Of a stretch of DNA of 64,000 nt, positions 62,242 through 64,000 are shown piece by piece; the first letter of the stretch is position 1; each line of letters starts with the position of its first letter. The stretch is from Diadema antillarum (taxonomy: Eukaryota), in the NCBI RefSeq assembly GCF_040938485.1, contig NW_027271504.1:1302001-1366000 (forward strand), given 5' to 3'. A model generated the notes under the pieces. That model did no database searches. It was given only the letters and a program-made list of their open reading frames with translations, and was not told where the DNA came from. The position numbers and the translations under genes are program-made.

Positions 62242-64000
62242 GAAGACCTGCTCTGCCCTGAGTTTTATGTGATGTGGATGCGCGCCCACTTGCAGCAAGC
62301 TTGGACCCCCCTCAAGGAGCAATGGATTGATCCAACAGACGCACAAGCTTGTCTATAAGCCAGCATGCACAGCCAAAAGAGTTTTGTATAGGATGTACTG
62401 TTAGGGGCTGGTAACCATTAATTGTTGGTATTAAGCTCTTAATAATCAGCCACTTGGACAGGGGAAAAATTAACTGGGATGATAAAGAGTAAACACTGGC
62501 AGGTCATAGGCATAAATTTTAGTTCATATTTGTTTCTTTTGTGAAAAATCATATACTTTATAGATAACTATGCTGTAAGAATTCAGTTTCTTAAGCAGTG
62601 GCCCATGCTGTGTGGCTCAATTTGTGAAATTACAGGTGTATGTTTATTTGAGCAGGTCAAGTGAAATATTTCATAGGAAAAACTAATTTTGGTTTGTTTG
62701 TACATATTTGTTACTAGTTTATTTGATTAATGTTTTATGTATCTACACATAGCTCTTAAAAGTTTAATATTTTGAGGTAAAGTGAATCATTTGAAGGGAG
62801 CACTTTGTTTGAATTCAGTTGTATTCAACTCAACATAAATGCACAAAAGGGGCACTCTTGTATGTACTTTTGTTTAGTTAGATAGCTAGCCCTGTTTTGC
62901 TCCCTCTCTCTCTCTGTATTTCTGTCACCTGATCATCTCAAGGCATGGAGGGATGATAATGATAGATTGTAATAAGTCTTGGTCACTGCCTTAAGTCTCA
63001 TGGATAACCCGATAGTTGTGCTCAACTGTAAGACGATAAGAATTAGAGATGTTGTCCTGCATTTTTATAGGTATTTTCTTAATGTTCTGCGTCGACGTGA
63101 ATGCATACATGAGTCCGACAGAAATAGACTATCCTTCAAACAGGCCTGTGTTATAGATGTAGCAGGCCTAACATACATTGATGATTGTTCTGCATGTGTA
63201 AAGTTCAAGTGCTATGATGGACACCAGAATGAACAACAAATTAATTTCTAGATATAGTATGGTAATCTTTGCTTGCAAAAGAACATGGAAGCTCTTGTGG
63301 AAAGCAGGTATCTGGGTAGAGCGCAAACTGACAACTCATGGCTGGAAACACCTGATGTTTGAATAAAGAATTTAATGCATTTTCTTAATTAACGAAGATC
63401 AAAATAGTGGTTATACCATATTTCTTTTCAAACCTGCCCCATGTGAGAAATTTAATTCCATGATTAAACATTGCAATATCAATTTACATTGTAGATGAAA
63501 TATTATTATTTTTACAGAAAGGGCTTGGGCTATTTTAACAGTGAAAGGGGAAAATGATAAATCAGTCAAATTCAAATATTTGGTGCTTATGCTCCAGCCA
63601 AAGTAGAACTGTTCCTCAATATAGCTTGTGATTGGATACCAAAGCCCTGCATGAATGAAAGGCCTGTTGCATATTGTAATGCCAGGTTTAATGTCTTGAT
63701 TTGTGTAGGTTCTACACAGTGCAAGGAAAGACACCGTCCTACTAGCCTTACTTAAGATTGGTGTTTATACATTGCATGGAGCGTGTATAGCTTTGCAAAT
63801 GAGGCAGTGAAATCATCCTTACAAAGCACCATATTTTTTTTCTCTAGTTGGGAACCCCCCTCAAAAAAATAATAGTAATGATGATAAATTATAAAATTTA
63901 ACAAAACAAAATTCAACACAAGAAAACAGAAGAACTGATGCTTCATTTTGCAAAATTATAACGCTATTTAGACATTGTCTCTCCTTGCCCATCAAGTTGA

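Overview
Eukaryotic, intron-rich invertebrate DNA, most likely an echinoderm such as a sea urchin (inferred from the tektin, the repeat families and base composition), with two N-gaps. I reconstructed four complete spliced genes by hand with consistent exon phases: ZNHIT3 (-, 5 coding exons, 156 aa), RMND1 (+, 9 coding exons, 450 aa), tektin-1/tektin C (-, 5 coding exons, 402 aa) and the mitochondrial citrate carrier SLC25A1 (+, 6 coding exons, 337 aa). They form two head-to-head pairs. RMND1 and SLC25A1 each require a non-canonical GC-AG intron. The 7.5-15.5 kb region is a nest of decayed transposons: two BEL/Pao gag-pro copies, a Harbinger-type Myb/MADF ORF, a Gypsy integrase and an unclassified remnant. 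Introns hold many non-autonomous DNA elements (Kolobok-, piggyBac-, Tc1-, Sola-, Helentron-like). The most striking is a 767-bp near-perfect foldback with a 4-bp TSD whose empty insertion site is visible in a paralogous repeat 1.5 kb away. I found no tRNA, rRNA or CRISPR array and no convincing new multi-gene system; the leads are splicing, hairpin and transposon observations.
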